Numbered from the stretch's first letter, positions 1 to 14,266 are shown. The stretch is 64,000 nt of DNA from Epiperipatus broadwayi (GCA_028023455.1 JAQFVV010000002.1:31992001-32056000), one strand, 5' to 3'. Program-made: numbers and translations. The notes: a model not told the origin generated them from the letters alone.

Positions 1-894
1 TCTTACTATATTTATACATTTTTACTAGTCTTTTTTCCCCAAATGTGAAATTTTAAATATCTAAGGACAGATAATAATTTACCTATTTTCATTCAATTCA
101 TTGGTTAAGAAACAGAATTTTTAATTACATGGCAGATTATAATAAATTAGTTGAATATACAATTTTTAATTGTGCATTGAATGTTTTTTTTATAAAAATA
201 AATGTGAAAGTCAGTGGCTATATGTGAATACCTCAAGTAAATAGAATTACATTTACTTCAAATAAGTATATATTGTGTATATCCTAATTTCTCAATCTTA
301 TTCTGAAAAATTAAGATGTTTTTGTTATAAACCTGGCATTTCAGATATGCATCTGGGTATTTTAGTTACCCCCTTACTCTAGACTTTATAAAAGTATAAG
401 AGAACAATGAAAGTTTACATACCTAAACTCTGATAATTAGATGTGGTTTTATCTCAAAATTATTTTGTAGGTTTAATTTCTCTTCTTTTTTTAATACTAT
501 TATATATTAATTGAGACAAACTAATTATTACATTAATAATTTTATTAGTCATTCACTTAATGAATAATATTTCTGGAATGTAATTTTCCCTACACCACTC
601 TCACACAAGGTAGGGACTGTTTTCTGTCTGCTTTTATCCCCTTATGGAAGGGGTAACACATAAACATAAGACCAAAGGCGTGTGAAAAAGATGATTCCCA
701 AAACCAAACATTTTCTGCTAAACTAGCACTCATTAGTTAGCCTAGATCACATATCTTTATCATTGTTCAATAAATATATATATATATAGATGTATATCTT
801 AAATTCATTATATTAAAAAAAATGTAAAATATAACCAATTAGTATAGTTTAATTGATAAGTATCATGCTTACTGCCTTCACAACTTTAAAACAA

Positions 895-1375
895 ACTACT
901 TAATGGAAATATATTAATAATTTTTATTAATCATTCATTAAACTAGAGATTATCCATTGCATGAATAATATTTCTGAAGTGTAATTTTTAATACACCATT
1001 CTCATGCAAGGTAGGGACTGGATTTTATCTGCTTTTAACACCTTGTGGAGAGATGTAATAAAAAACATATAACAAAAACATGTAAACAAAGTTGTATAAT
1101 CCCCAAGATATACTATATATTTCTAGTCTAATGAATGACTAATAAAAATTATTAATATACTTCCATCAAGTGGTTTGTGTCAAAGTCGTGATCAATTAAA
1201 CAGTAATAATTCTCCATCTATATGTATTGAACAATGATAAAGATATATGTAAGAGAATATTATTTGGGCCAACTGATGAGTGCTGGTTCAGCATTGTGGT
1301 GATCATACTTTTTTTTCACATCTGGTCATATGTTTATGATTACACCCTTCCACAAGGTGTTAAAAGTGGATACAA
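895..1375 (+). mobile_element. Family C copy (partial core at 1273-1294) with an upstream fold-back; related direct repeats at about 540-700 and 920-1090
   Basis: GGGCCAA CTGATGA GTGCTG-GTT-CAGCAT with the GAAA segment missing; 895-945 inverted against 1105-1165; aligns to 23520-23790 (-). Confidence 0.7.
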
Positions 1376-1381
1376 ATCAGT

Positions 1382-1489
1382 ACAATTGTTAGCCGAGAGG
1401 TCAGCGCAATTGCCTTGCAAGCAAGCAGTTGGTTGCAGATGGTTATTGCGGGTTCCACTCCCGGCCGATCCTATGACATATGGAAAACA
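1382..1489 (+). mobile_element. tRNA-derived SINE copy, short TSD (AAATCAGT)
   Basis: Same body; AAATCAGT at 1374-1381 and 1490-1497. Confidence 0.78.
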
Positions 1490-2224
1490 AAATCAGTCCA
1501 ATTACACTACAGAAATATTAAATTGTATGTTATATTTTAAATATTTATTTAACTTAGAAATATTAACACTGTAGTAAAATTCTCCCAATATATATGAGTT
1601 TGTTTAAAACCAAAACCTAAGCTTGAAGGAAAGATAGTTAGAAATTCCCCTCTAATATACAAGGTTCTGTGATGAGTATATTTGAATGTTTTGTGGTTGC
1701 CTTTTTATCACTTGTACATTTATATTCAAGTTATTCCTGTATAATCACTGATTAATAATATCACATGCTAGTAATTATGCTTTAACATTTCTGTTGTAGA
1801 CTCTTGCTAGGTATGAGCAGAATGGGACAAATTCCTTAGGGAAAACTGTTCATATATCCTGTAGTAATAAACCATGAAGTAAATTTGTGATAATTATCTA
1901 TTATCATTGTTATAGTAAACCAATAATTGCCTACTTTCTTATTTATTAAATATGAATCTTTATAAGACTAGTTGACAGACTGGAAGAGTTCATTTAGGCA
2001 ATTAGATAGATTGGTTACGTTCATTACATTTCTTTCATGGAAGTAGTAGTTGTTGATACACTATCTGTCTGAAACAAATTGCTGATATACACTTCTGAAT
2101 CAGCTGTTGTCAAAACATAGCTGATCTCTATATTACTGATTATGACCTCAAGTTTTCTCCTTAAGGAGATACTGAACACAACTAGTATATCTAGAGTTCC
2201 TTGGTACATTTGGCATAAAGTTTT

Positions 2225-2957
2225 GTTTCCACTTTAAAGTAGCTGTAAATTACTGTTTGATTTTCCTTAATGTACAACTATAACTTAGTTCTCAAGGCAT
2301 GTTTTATTAAAATATGAGTTGGTAATTTTGTCATGATTAGTCAATGGTGTTACATCCTGTACCAATGGCAATCTAGCTAAATGCACATTTTGATCACCTG
2401 TTACCTGTTTATGGAAGTTTTTCATAACCTCTAGCCCCAGTCTCTCAGTAATTGCTCTCTAGATGAGATGGTGGTGTCAAAATATAGTGTGAAAGATTCT
2501 TTTCAATAGTAACTATGTTTAATAAATTTTTAAGATCCATTGTAAAATAAAAGAATCTTTATTTCACTACTAGGAGATGCTAAACCTTTCTTACAATGAC
2601 TATAGCTGGAATCCAATTCTTTTCTTGGTTCGTTTGATATAGTTTTGTCCCCACTTTGAAGTAGCTCTAATTTGCTGTTTGATTTTCCTTAATTTACATT
2701 TTAGATCTAACTATATCTTAGTTATTTTATTAAAATATGAGTTTGTGATTTTATGAATAGTTGAGGATATTACATCCTGTACCCATGGCAATCCAGCTAA
2801 ATACACATTCCAACCACCTGATACCTGTTTGACGAATTTTTTCTTAGCCTCTCTCAGTGATTGCTTTCTAGATAGAATAATAGAGCAAGAAATTATTTTC
2901 AACAGTAAATATGTCTAGTAAATGTTTATGATTCATTTGTAAAATAAAAGAATCTTC
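2225..2957. repeat. Diverged tandem duplication inside gypsy pol (about 2225-2565 and 2643-2957)
   Basis: Collinear blocks such as tgtttgattttccttaat, ttttattaaaatatgagtt, tacatcctgtacc.atggcaat and tgtaaaataaaagaatct. Confidence 0.85.
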
Positions 2958-3519
2958 CATAAACATAAATGTCTTGTGAATTATAGATGCAATGGGTGTG
3001 TTCTTCACAGCTGTATTAACATGTGCTAAAATTGCTCCAACATCTACTAGTAAAGCATCACATGTTAGAACAAATTTTCCCCTTTTTGCTATCCCATTTG
3101 CATTATTTAATCCCCATGTCCATTCAACTTTTCTATTTAGCAGTTGATATAATGGTTCTGTTGCTACTATTTTATGCAATATAAAGCTCCCCTAATAATT
3201 AATGAGTCTCAGAAAATCCCAGAGCTCATTTTTGTTCCTGGAAGTTTGCATTTTTAGCATTGCAATTTCTTTTGTTTTGCAGGAAAAATTTCTTACACTT
3301 TAAAACTAAAAAATGTATGTTCTTTTGCTCCAAACAGACATTTATCAGATCTTATTTTAATTACAGCTTATGTTATTTAAAAGCTTTTGGGTGGTCTCCA
3401 AGAGTTGACACTCTTGGCCACTAGTCATAAGAGTAATGCCGGTCTCAGATATTAATACTTCAAATTGATTGACCACTATCTGAAATATGGATAATCACCA
3501 AGATTCCACATGACAACTT

Positions 3520-4355
3520 ATTAATTAAAATAAAAAGCATGCTAATAGCTATAACAAACCGTATTAATAAATAGCATAAGAGAAAGCATTAAAATCTCTA
3601 TCTAGAAATTATCTCCATCCTCAGACCAGTTTCAATCTATTGACTTTCCTCAGTGAGACACTAGGATATTTCAGACACTAGATCCAAAATAACAATTCAA
3701 AGCCAGCACTTATATGATAGTTAACTTTTAAAAAGAAAATCTTAAATTTTTAGACATCTATATGTCTTCAAATGCATCTATCTAATGTAAAACAGGCAAA
3801 ACTCTCTATATGTATTGCCACTCAGTGCAAGCCAGAGAATAATCAATGGATGCCAGAAGGCTTGGGAATAAAATCCCCATCTAGTGCTTACTCATCCAAT
3901 ATCCCCAATATATATAGAGTTTTGCTTCTTTTAATAACAGTTATAAGCAAGCATAAGAAATGGTAACCTATCTAACTTAAATTTACTATGGGGCTGAGAA
4001 ATCTTTTAAGTCTTAAGCAATGTTATATTGCTGTGTATGTTAATATATGGTATGGCTGAAGATTTCTCAGCCCCATATAGCTATTTAAGTTCGATAGCTG
4101 GATTTGAAGACATATAGGTGTCTGAAATTTTCAGATTTTCTACTTAAAAGTTAAGTATAAGATAAGGGCTGGCTTTGAGTTGGTAATTTTGGATCTTAGT
4201 ATGAAATATCCTAGTGCCTCACTGAGGAAAGCCAATAGCTTGAAACCGGCCTGAGGATGGGAATAATTTCTAGATAAAGATTTTAAATGCTTTCTCTTGC
4301 AGCATTTATCGATAAAGCTTGTTAGAGCTATTAGCACATTCTTTATTTTAATTTA
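3520..4355. mobile_element. Family B HHR palindrome inserted in a gypsy pol gene
   Basis: Outer arms about 3520-3765 and 4090-4355; cores at 3619-3658 (-, CTGAGGA...GAAACTGGTC TGAGG) and 4217-4256 (+); inner inverted repeat around the CTCAGCCCC motifs. Confidence 0.85.
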
Positions 4356-5707
4356 TAATTACAAGCTTATAAAATTAAATCACATGATTATTTTATTGAC
4401 AACCTATTAACTCTATAAGTCTTTGAATATAATGATGGCTAGTGTTCTTTATCAACAACAGTAGTTGAAGTCAAGCAGACTTGAAATCTATTTTTGGTAA
4501 TACTCTATCTCTATTTAAAGTAAAGAGTGGTAGTATATGTTGATGAAGCTGATAATTATCAAACAATAATTTGTTCATTTTAAAATCAACGACAGTTTCC
4601 ATAAATGCACAACTTTCCATTACTTTTAATAATAAATACTATTGGTACAACCCATTTGGAATAAAATTTTGGTTTAATATTTATCAGCATGTACCTATCC
4701 AGTTCCTCAGAACATTAACTTTCACTTTGCTATAAACAATAGGGTGGCTGCTTTTGGAAGCTTTTCAAACTGGGTTTTAAAGACATTGCCACATTTTTTT
4801 AATGTGTTATGTCAATAGAGATTTAGTTAACATTTAAAAACTTAGGCTAAGGATTTGAACTCATTATGTCCCATTAAGTTGCTAAGCCCTTTACAAAATA
4901 TTAACAAAAATGGCTGCTGTATTTAGCGCCTCTCCAAGCTTTCATCTGTGTACTCTAGGAAGTGCAAATAGTTTATTTTGATAATCATAGATAGGTTTTG
5001 AAATCAAGTAGAAATCGACCTGCTGAATTTTACTTGTCTTTGCTTAGCAGTATTGAGCCAGTGTTAAACCCCATTGTCATAAAAGTTTTGCTAATGAAAG
5101 TTTGCACTTTAAAAAATAATCAATTTGCTCTTCAATAGTTTTTTATACTTAATTCTTTATTAAACAATTGGTGGCTTTATTCATGTTTTTTGTTTTTGTA
5201 GACTGATAGCTCCTATGTATTCAATATGATGATGGAAATGACATATTTATACGTGAACAGTGATTTGCTGGTGTGAATTTTGTTACCATGGTAAGATTTT
5301 TTTAGATTATTTATTAGCTGCTCTCTTGAATAATGCTTATTTACGTTTATCACTGAATGCCACTTGACCTTTCACTTTGTTCCTATTATTCTTATTTTAG
5401 ATTTTATTTTTAACAAGCATATCCCTTGTGTAGTCATTTCTTCTCCTAGAGAATTTTGGTAGTTCTAATGTTGTAAGGGGCCCATAAATAATCACTCTCA
5501 GTTTGTGTCTTTTGTATCCATATTTGACATAGGTTTTTCAATTAAGAAACGTTAAAATGTCTGGTTAAAGAGATCATTCATAGTTCAGACATAATTTAAC
5601 TGCTTATATCTTTGCATTGTAATCAGAGATTTTGAATTAAAATGTGTTGCTCAGCTTTACAGCCTTAAATTAAATTAAATTGGAAGGACAGGCCATTATG
5701 GATAGGA

Positions 5708-5726
5708 TGGCCACTAGATGGCAGTG
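5708..5726 (+). promoter_or_regulatory. CTCF-type motif
   Basis: TGGCCACTAGATGGCAGTG closely matches the CTCF consensus; binding not shown. Confidence 0.6.
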
Positions 5727-6439
5727 ACAATCAAATCCCTAGAATAGTTTCTAATTATTAGTCATTCTTAACGAGAAGACAGTAGAGTATAAATAATCTA
5801 ACTAGCACTCATTTTATTTCTATGTTATTCAAGTTAATGATTTCAAAGTGTTAAAACCATATGGTTTTGAACCTAAGCCATCATGTTTGTTTAAATATAG
5901 GACCTAGCACTAACTCAGTAATTGTATATTTAATGGTTTCATTTATATGTTAATAATACACTCTACGATTCTTTGACAAAAGGATTCTATATATTAAAAC
6001 AAAGCATTATATAACTTTGTAGCTTGCATTTAATATATGATTATGATGTAAAATCTATTATGCCCAATGATATAGGTGTTTAAGTGTAAGCTAGGAAAGT
6101 CACATGGTGCTAGGTTTTGATATGTTTCTTATAATAAAGTATGAATTATGTGAAAAATTTTATGTCCATAAATCTAATGAAGTCCTGTAATCCATATACT
6201 TCTTAATAGAAAAAAAAATGTCTATTTTTCCATCAATGCTACATTCTTTCAGCAACATTAATTTATAAACAAAAATAAAATCTGAATTTAATGGAACGAA
6301 CAAGAGGCAATCTCTCATTTACATGCTGCAAAATTGTTATATAAATTGAAATCCAGACTTCTGTTCTTATAAAATATAAATCACAATATAACATACAACT
6401 ATTGTATAAAACAGAGAAACATTAAAATAATATAAAACA

Positions 6440-6960
6440 CTATTGCCAAATGTTTTGAACTCGTTTAAGTCCTTATCAAGGCTGTACAAAAATCGTTATA
6501 CTAAATGTGGTGTCACTGATAAGTTGGTTTAGGATTGCTTGAAATTTATTATGTAAATAGTATTAGTAAAATTAAAGGGATTCATAAATAAGTATAGAAT
6601 TGTATGGCTAAATAATATTAGAAGTGTATAACTAAATAATATTGGAATTATTTAATGTAAGATGTCATGTAGAAAATAACCATATATGGTTTGAAGGTTT
6701 AAGTAAAATTTACTTCCAAAATGCCTCACCTTATAAGGTGAAATTGGGGATAAAACAAAACCCATAGGGACTAGTGAAGGGCTCAGTTAGCAGACCATAT
6801 AAGGAGAGGTATTTATGGAATGAGAGATGTTTTGTTTGAACTCCAGAAGTCGAGTATCTAAGTGGGATATAGAGGGTAGTAGTAGTAGAAAATTAGAGAC
6901 TACAATGGCCCTAACGGGAAGACCTATGATACCCAACTTTAAAGGAGTACTTCAAAGACG
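6440..6960 (-). mobile_element. Very old Penelope-like relic (RT motifs, with a decayed HHR downstream)
   Basis: GLPVRAIV and PMGFVLSP on the minus strand; ctTGATaAGGACT-TAAACG-AGTtCaAAAC at about 6444-6486. Confidence 0.4.
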
Positions 6961-7119
6961 TTTGTAAGTTATATATGTAATTGAATTTTGCTGGCAATTA
7001 AACTAATATTTTAACTTATGCAAATCTGTCTAAATTTATCATTTGTTTGATGCATACATGTCACTATACTAAGCAATAAACTCAAAAATTTCATTATATC
7101 AGCCAGCAGAAAAGGAAGT

Positions 7120-7460
7120 ATTATGGGCAAACTTTTCTTGATGTAAACGAAGGCCAGAACGGAGGGCTGTACCAGTAGCTACAGAACTGCCAAAATGTAA
7201 CAACTCTTAGTGAAACTTTTCTTCCGGACAATGAGAGTTTAAGAGAATAAGTGGATGGGTACAAATTTTTTTGGACAGGCAAGTCAGTCAGTGAAAAGAA
7301 GAATGCATAGTGTAGGATTTGGTCAGCACTGTTTATTCATTATGCACAATTGGATTTCGTATCTAAAGGTCATCCCATTATCCACAAATCTGTGGCACCT
7401 ATCAGTAGCCAGACTGAACACTGCACCCAATATCTATATAATTATACAGGCAAATAAGAT
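7120..7460 (+). mobile_element. Degraded RTE-type APE endonuclease fragment
   Basis: Across frames: LLDVN..RPERR..VA.EL...TLSET.L....L.E...GYKFFWTGK...KRRMHSVGF. Confidence 0.7.
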
Positions 7461-7844
7461 TTGATGGAAAAAAACTAGTTTTTCAATTTGTCATGGGAAC
7501 TTGATATTATAACAAAAGATCTTTTAAAAATGGCCGCTAGAGGAAAAGTACATTAAATCCAACGGATTAAAGTGCTGTTCAAAAAATTCCAAATGGTAAT
7601 CACTGATAAGCCATAAACTAAAAAATAATCTAGTGATATTTTAAAGTACAGCATAAGATAATTTATTAAGCACTACTATGTGGCATCTAGTGATTCCTAA
7701 TAGTTGGCATAAAAGTACGAGAATAGAAGAATTTGTAAATGTGCTCAGTTTATTACAATTCTTAAATTTTTTTTCACTTTTCTAACTCTCCTATAAGGTA
7801 TGGATAAAAATAGTACCAACTTTCCTCATACAGTACTGCTATCT

Positions 7845-8045
7845 AGTGCAAGCCTTAGTAATCAATGAATGTTAGAATATTTGTACATCAAAAATCCCAA
7901 TCGTCCAATATCCCCAGACTAGTTTCTAGCTTTAGGCCTTCATCAGTGAGGAGTCTTGAATCTGAGAGCACTGCCCCTAGATCTATGGATCTAATGCAAT
8001 TCTCCAGCACTAGAAGGTTGCTAGTTTTTAGTAGCTTGTGTAAGC
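7845..8045 (-). mobile_element. Family A copy with HHR core at 7911-7952
   Basis: Minus strand: TCCTCA CTGATGA A GGC-CTAAA-GCT A GAAAC TA GTC TGGGGA. Confidence 0.8.
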
Positions 8046-8509
8046 ATAAGGCATGGTATCATGTGATGTTTGGTGGTTTAAAGCTATGGATATCTAACCT
8101 GTGCACATTAGTAAACAATAATGAATATAATAGACCCCTTATTCTGTAAGCTTTCACGGGTTAAAAGCTTTCATTTACTGACTATACTGGAAATACAATA
8201 AAAACTGTATATTGTCTGATTAAATAGGACATATATCATTCTGAAACTATAATTGAACATATACAAGGTAAAGTCAGTTAAAGGAAGTGTATGACCATCA
8301 AAAGCTTAAAAAAATAGAAATCCATTCTATTCAAACCTAGCCTATTCCTTATTTACTTAAGTCCAAGTTTTATTGCTACCGTTTAAATTTCATATATATT
8401 AAGATATTCATAGAAATCAATCAACACTTAGTGAATCCTAATATCATTAACAATCAACAATCTCAATCTGTTGTCAAGGCAACCTCCTTTCAACAATAAA
8501 GGTGGAATC

Positions 8510-8685
8510 CCTAATAATCCTCAAGACTAGATAGGTTTACAAGTAAATTCATAAAAATCAGTCAACACTTACACAATCCCAATATCAATAACAATCTCGA
8601 TGTGTTGATATTGTCCAAGTATTGACTGATTTCTATAAATTTACTTATAAACCTATCTAGCCTTGAGAATTATTACTTATTAAGA
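8510..8685. repeat. Imperfect inverted repeat (about 60-bp arms)
   Basis: ctcaagactagataggtttacaagtaaatt... vs ...aatttacttataaacctatctagccttgag. Confidence 0.8.
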
Positions 8686-9508
8686 TATATATATTTGATC
8701 CTTACAACCTAATATTTCATTAATATTAAGATACATATATACCCTCTATATGTTTAATTGTAATTTCAGACTGATTTGAGCCACATTTAATTAAACTAAC
8801 TTATAATTTACACTCATTATTTCTAATAGAACTAGTAATCAAAAGCTTATCTCCATCGAAAACTTAAAAGATCAGTAATCCTATTATTTATCCATAATTT
8901 GTAAGAGAGTTATTATTTTCATTTAAATTTCATATACGTGAAGTTCTGTGGATTTGATATTTTCTGTATATAGTATATGAAAATATCCTTGTGCATATTG
9001 GTAGCTGAAAATTCAAATACAAAATGTTCAAATCACCCTACTAAAAATATAACATTTGTGAGGGTCATTTGAACATTACTGTGTATATATATTATGCACA
9101 TCATTGTTAACACCATTTAAGAATTAATAAATAAATTAAGTCTGCACATACAGACATACAATTAAACTTAGTTTGTCCCCCTCTTATAACATCTGTATTG
9201 AAACATTTGGATTTTCAACCTTGTCATGTACAATGAAATTATCTTGGGGATTGTATCAAGGATAAATAGTCTATTCCAGAGTCTACTAAAAAAAAAAATT
9301 TTGATTAGTTTTTTGACGGTAGTCATATCAGTAATATTCTTTGCTTGTCAGATCGTCATAAGCAATATTAGAACAGAATTTCAACACGAAAACTTAAAAA
9401 TGATTGACGAGTTAAAACTGCAAAGGAGATGGCCACTTTCTGATTGTGTTCTTTTTTTGACATGTTGAAAATAATACATGAACAGAAAAATGATTAATCC
9501 TATTAAAT

Positions 9509-10292
9509 CAGTGGTCTTCAACCTTTTGACACCTGTGGACTGGCAAAAATAAGGATAAGGTTTCACAGACCGGCAAAAATAAGGATAAGGTTTCGCGGAC
9601 CGGCAGAAGTCTACAGATAAATTTTCTTAAAGATGTAAACTCCTTAGCCTTAGATGAGCATAATTGTTATAACTGACCAAACAACACACTAGTTACTGTG
9701 TATTATAATGGTGTTGCTTATCTTCACATGCTAAACACTCTTTCTCGAGTTGTGCAGTCATATTGCTACAGAAAACAGTACAATCTCATTAATGTGCCTG
9801 CATTGCTGTTTATTATTTCATTGTTAAAACATTCAAGAATAAAATGTTATTCACCTGAATGTCGGAAAATATCACAGCTAGTGTTATTACCTGACAATGC
9901 TTATGATAAATGTAATATCTGTATTTAATGTTAAACATACAATATGAAGTTATATATATATGGAGTTTGTATAATAAAAACTTTTTTTTTTAATTTTGAA
10001 TTTTTTTAGAGAAAAAAAAATTTAATTCTACCCACCCACCCCCACCCCCATAAACATCTGTGATAACTAGAAAAACAAATTAATTTATGTATGATTGATT
10101 AGATTTTGTTTTCATTCTGGTTTTTTTTAATTGGATAAAAATGAGATGAAAAAATAAAAATTGTTTATATTAATTAAAAGTTTAAACTCTTATTATTTTG
10201 TTATTACAAACTTTCCTGCCAGTCTACCGTGGACCAGCAGAAAACTTCTGCAGCCCGGTACCGGTCCACGGACCAAGGGTTGAAGACCACTG
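9509..10292. mobile_element. Non-autonomous hAT (Charlie/Buster-like), 784 bp
   Basis: 15-bp perfect TIR CAGTGGTCTTCAACC; 8-bp TSD TATTAAAT at 9501-9508 and 10293-10300; two subterminal 30-bp tandem repeats. Confidence 0.95.
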
Positions 10293-10559
10293 TATTAAAT
10301 CATATACAGCATTGTTTCACATGATGATGATGGTTACATGGAAATGGGAGAATATTTTATCACCTTTTGAAAAATAAAATCTTTTAATGTCCATTCTAAC
10401 TATTCATTTTAATTTAGATATATTTATCTGAATAAAACCAAAATAGATTTTTACAATCTTAAAAATGTAAAAGATGAAAAGTTCTGATGATACACTAAAA
10501 AAAATTTAAAATATGGTGATGCCTTCAATTTATAACCATTGGATATTTTTTCTTTGGGC

Positions 10560-11250
10560 CATCTGATCTTATAATTGTCTCTACTGTTGACTGCAATAAT
10601 TATCTTATTTATTATGTACTTGCAAAAATTTTATCAAATAGATTACCTCGCAATCATAGATGGAAGACAACCACACATATAGTGAGATTTTAGAACATCA
10701 GGAAATACTATATCCATGAATTTTATTGCCAGGAAAATACAAGGAAATATCAGGGGCAAAAATAGAATTTATATACTATACTGCTTTTATTGATCTGGTC
10801 AAGAGGTATGACTTGGTTAATCAGAGATTCATGACAATACTGCAATTACCTGGTTGTTCATTGAAATTTATTCATGTTAGACAGCTGACATAATAACATG
10901 AAAGGAAATGTGAGTAAAAAATCCTAACGTATTTGAAATGAAACAAGGATATAATTTAAACTCATTTTTCAATTTTTACTGCACCAATTTTTGGAACACT
11001 CTACAGGAATCTTCATGAAGCATGTGTCAAGCTATATGTTCAATTACGGAGTTAGAACTGAATATAATCTACAGAGTCTTTGTTTTAGTAAGTAATATTC
11101 AAAAGTTTCAAATGCTTCATCAATCCATTGATGAAAGAAAAAAATTCACAAACTTTTAGCTTAACAAGTTATCAGTTTTCGAATGTGAATTGATTCAAAT
11201 ATCTTGTTTTTTAAGGCAGAAACGCGTGAAGAAATGCCACATAGACTTCA
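10560..11250 (+). mobile_element. Degraded RTE-type RT fragment
   Basis: SLL..A...FRTSGNTISMNFIARKIQ...FIDLVKRYDLVN resembles RT motifs GFR..RST.DMIF..RQ.Q and FIDL.KAFD.V. Confidence 0.72.
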
Positions 11251-12149
11251 ATGTGTTCCTGCAAAGATATCTTATTCCGCCATAGTAATATAATTACCAC
11301 AATTACATTAATTATATACAGAAATGGTTATTTTATTCCATATATTATATGAAACATGGATTTCCTCTGTTAATGTAATATTAGGTTATTGGAAAATTTA
11401 CATTTAAGGATGCTCTATAAAATTCTAAAAATATAATGCTACAATCGTAAAACTAATCGTTTTTCAGCTTGTTATATGTGATGTTAATGAATCTCCTAAC
11501 ACAAAGACACATTAAGCATGCGAAACAAATGAACTTGTGAATGATTTTATGAGACAGACCCATTAAATTATAAAATTACCTCTATAATAAGATCCAATAA
11601 TGATCATTTTCATTTGGAAGAAAAGCTTATTACCGAAATAGTATTACAAAATGTCAAAAAGAATAAACTCACCTCCACTTTTTATCCTTTAATGTTCTTA
11701 GTATTCTTTTTTTTATTCAAGAGTTAGAATGGCGATGTTCATTTATGATTTGCTAATGATGATAATATTAGAATTGTTCAAAACCATTACTGAAGTACGA
11801 TAGTTACTAATCTTTTTCACAATACCTTCTCCATATATAAATATTCTATATAATAATTAAATATATATTGAATAAAAAAAATAATCAGCAATATATATTA
11901 TAATGATTGTAATTTTTGAGATCCACTGTATAAAATATTAAGATATAACTGCCATTTCGACAAAATACCATGTAACTTAATTGGATAAAGATGGTATTAT
12001 GTTGTTGCTCCAGAGATATGGTAAATACCATTGGTAATAGTGTCTTCAATTCAATATACTATAATTAATTTAATTTTCTTTAATTTAAAATATTAGTTTT
12101 AAAACCTACTTCTAGATGTCGCTATTTAACAATGCTATATGATGCATTA

Positions 12150-12600
12150 ATAAAATATAGGGAGTTGGAGAGATGGAGAATAAAGAGTTTAAATATATAT
12201 AGAAGTAAACAGAATATTGGGTGTGATTTAATTTACGATAATAGCAAGGAAAGTAGTTTACTGTTTAAGGGTTGAACAGAATCATTAGCAACAATGTGAT
12301 TGATTTAGTCTGCAAGTTATGTAAAGGAAGGCATGGAAAACATTAGGCATCTATTAATTAAATGTAAATGCTTACAAGCAGAAAGGGTGCAAATAATGAA
12401 GTTGTGGGAGAATAAATATAAACACAGTGATTATACAGAAAGTGGGGTTCTTGGTTTTTATGTTGAGTTTGGAAAAAGACAAGGGGGAATTCTAGATATA
12501 GAGGCCATAGAGTGGACAAAGATGATGTGGAAATGGGATGGAGCTGATACAAAATTTGGGAAAAACTTAGGGTGGGGAATGGAAAGGGAAGGTGGCTAAC
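12150..12600 (+). mobile_element. Non-LTR retrotransposon 3' end with CCHC knuckle (clade uncertain; similar relic at about 31750-32050)
   Basis: IYRSKQNIG..IYDNSKESSLLF...CKLCKEGMENIRHLLIKC. Confidence 0.65.
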
Positions 12601-12914
12601 AGGTTTCTCTAGGCATAGTGACTGAGAGATTCCAGGCTCTGATAATGCATCACATCGCACATAAACGTTTACATTTTGGAATAGGTGCATTATAATTAGG
12701 ATTGTTGCCAATATTTAGTGCCAAAATGTTATTAGATATGATTTAATCAATTAACACTAGAAATAAAGCACAGTAATTTTATCTTTTGAGTGTAAATTTT
12801 AGATAAAAAGAATGCAGAAAAGCTTCAATTATAGACGATTTGTTAAATATTATATGCAATAAAACATTTAAAAAAGAATTGGCTGTAATAATAAAAATTT
12901 GAATCCAAAAAAGG

Positions 12915-13053
12915 CGGAATATGAATGCTGGTTCAGCATGAAATAGATATTGGAGATCATTTATCTTTTTCACATGTATGTGGTTGTGTGTCTCTGCTGT
13001 TTGAGATCAAGTGGATAGCTGAAGGGAGCTTGAAAGACTGTGTTCAAATTACC
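12915..13053 (+). repeat. Family C fragment interrupted by a hAT element (other fragments at about 23520-23790 - and 24700-24830 +)
   Basis: ATGCTG-GTT-CAGCAT GAAATAGATATTGG followed by the shared gagatagtgtggatagttgaaggg...ttcaaat tract. Confidence 0.78.
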
Positions 13054-13061
13054 GTATATAT

Positions 13062-14257
13062 TAGCAGTGCGCAAACTGTGGGGTGCGACTCCTCAAGGGG
13101 TCGCAGAAAAGTTGTTGGGGGTAGTGAAAATTTTGATAAGTTCTCATAATGGATAATAAATTTTTAATTGAAATAACAAAAACCTAAACACTATTAAAAA
13201 ATACATGAAAACTGCTCAACTCATTATTGTGTATCTGAATACTTTTATGGTTAAATACTTTCTTCTCTATATTCCAATCTGCTTTGTATAAACAGCGCAT
13301 CATAATGGCATTTCACTTATATTACTCTCGCTTCTCTTATTCACTTTACTAAAGAGTTTTGTTACTCATGCTAGTATCCTCCAAATGTTGATACATAGCA
13401 TTACATTGTTGAATGCGCACATTTTTTCTAAAAAAGTTATAATTGCCACAAATCAACAATTTACCAAGACCCAAGTTTTGTTTTTTTTTTATTAAGAAAT
13501 AAATTTATTTTGAAAACTACATGAATTATGGCATATAAATTGCTTGAGATTAAGGATTCATGGGTGCTTTGCCCACACAAGGGACCTGGTCATATTCAGT
13601 CCTGTGATTCTGTCTGCACCGATCTATCCCCGTGTGGTTAACTAGATTCCATGGGATCCCTAATTATTTATGGCACCCTGGCTATTAGATAATTACAACC
13701 AAGGTTTGTCAAATGTTCCACGTCACTCTTTGCATTGCAAGGGTGTTTTCATCCCTTGCAGACATGAATATGCAAATGTAGGGACCCACTAATCCCTGCA
13801 ACTTTGTCAACCTCAATGGCGCATTTAGGCCGCCATTTGCAGTTGTCCCACTTACTGCAGCACAATATAGCTTTACTATCCATTTCTATAGTTTGGACAG
13901 AATTTTAGTAGTAATGTTTGGTATCTGGCCTAGTATTATTATACATTTTTTGTTAATATGCAGTTTTTTCAAATATCTTATATCAAATCGTATGTACTGA
14001 AATACAAAGATATATATTTAATATAAAAAATACTAAATCAGAGTTTAAATATTAAAAATTTAGCAGGATTTATTGTACCAAGTATACTTTTAATGCCTTC
14101 GCATCATATTCATGGCTATATTTGTATGTGGTAAAACAATTTTTATTATTACTATCCTTATGTGCTTATAATAGGGTGGTAATAACATATAATGGGTCAC
14201 GTAAAATTTCAGTCTGAATAGTGGGGGTTATAAGTGTAAAAAGGTTGTGCACCATTG
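13062..14257. mobile_element. Older non-autonomous hAT, 1196 bp
   Basis: Decayed TIRs TAGCAGTGCGCAAACT / CAATGGTGCACAACCT; 8-bp TSD GTATATAT at 13054-13061 and 14258-14265; possible A-tailed retro-insert at about 13478-13925 (-). Confidence 0.82.
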
Positions 14258-14266
14258 GTATATATT

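Larger units (their letters stand above)
1750..4800 (-). mobile_element. Ty3/gypsy pol remnant (RT, RNase H, integrase-proximal) interrupted by the family B palindrome
   Basis: YSKWVVPIVFIIKSNGKLCI and PKIDFKSA (4440-4700), DKCLFG (about 3340), VLTCDA..VGAIL.H and FILQMNHKHLL (2868-3179). Confidence 0.85.

Noticed and set aside
1227-1574. 115-aa ORF as a gene
   Set aside because: Composite of a family C repeat and a SINE; no recognisable domain
5202-5290. Plus-strand exon-like segment (AG...GTAAG); similar one at 26755-26790
   Set aside because: The first has stops in all frames and the second is 36 nt with no homology; a lncRNA cannot be supported without RNA data
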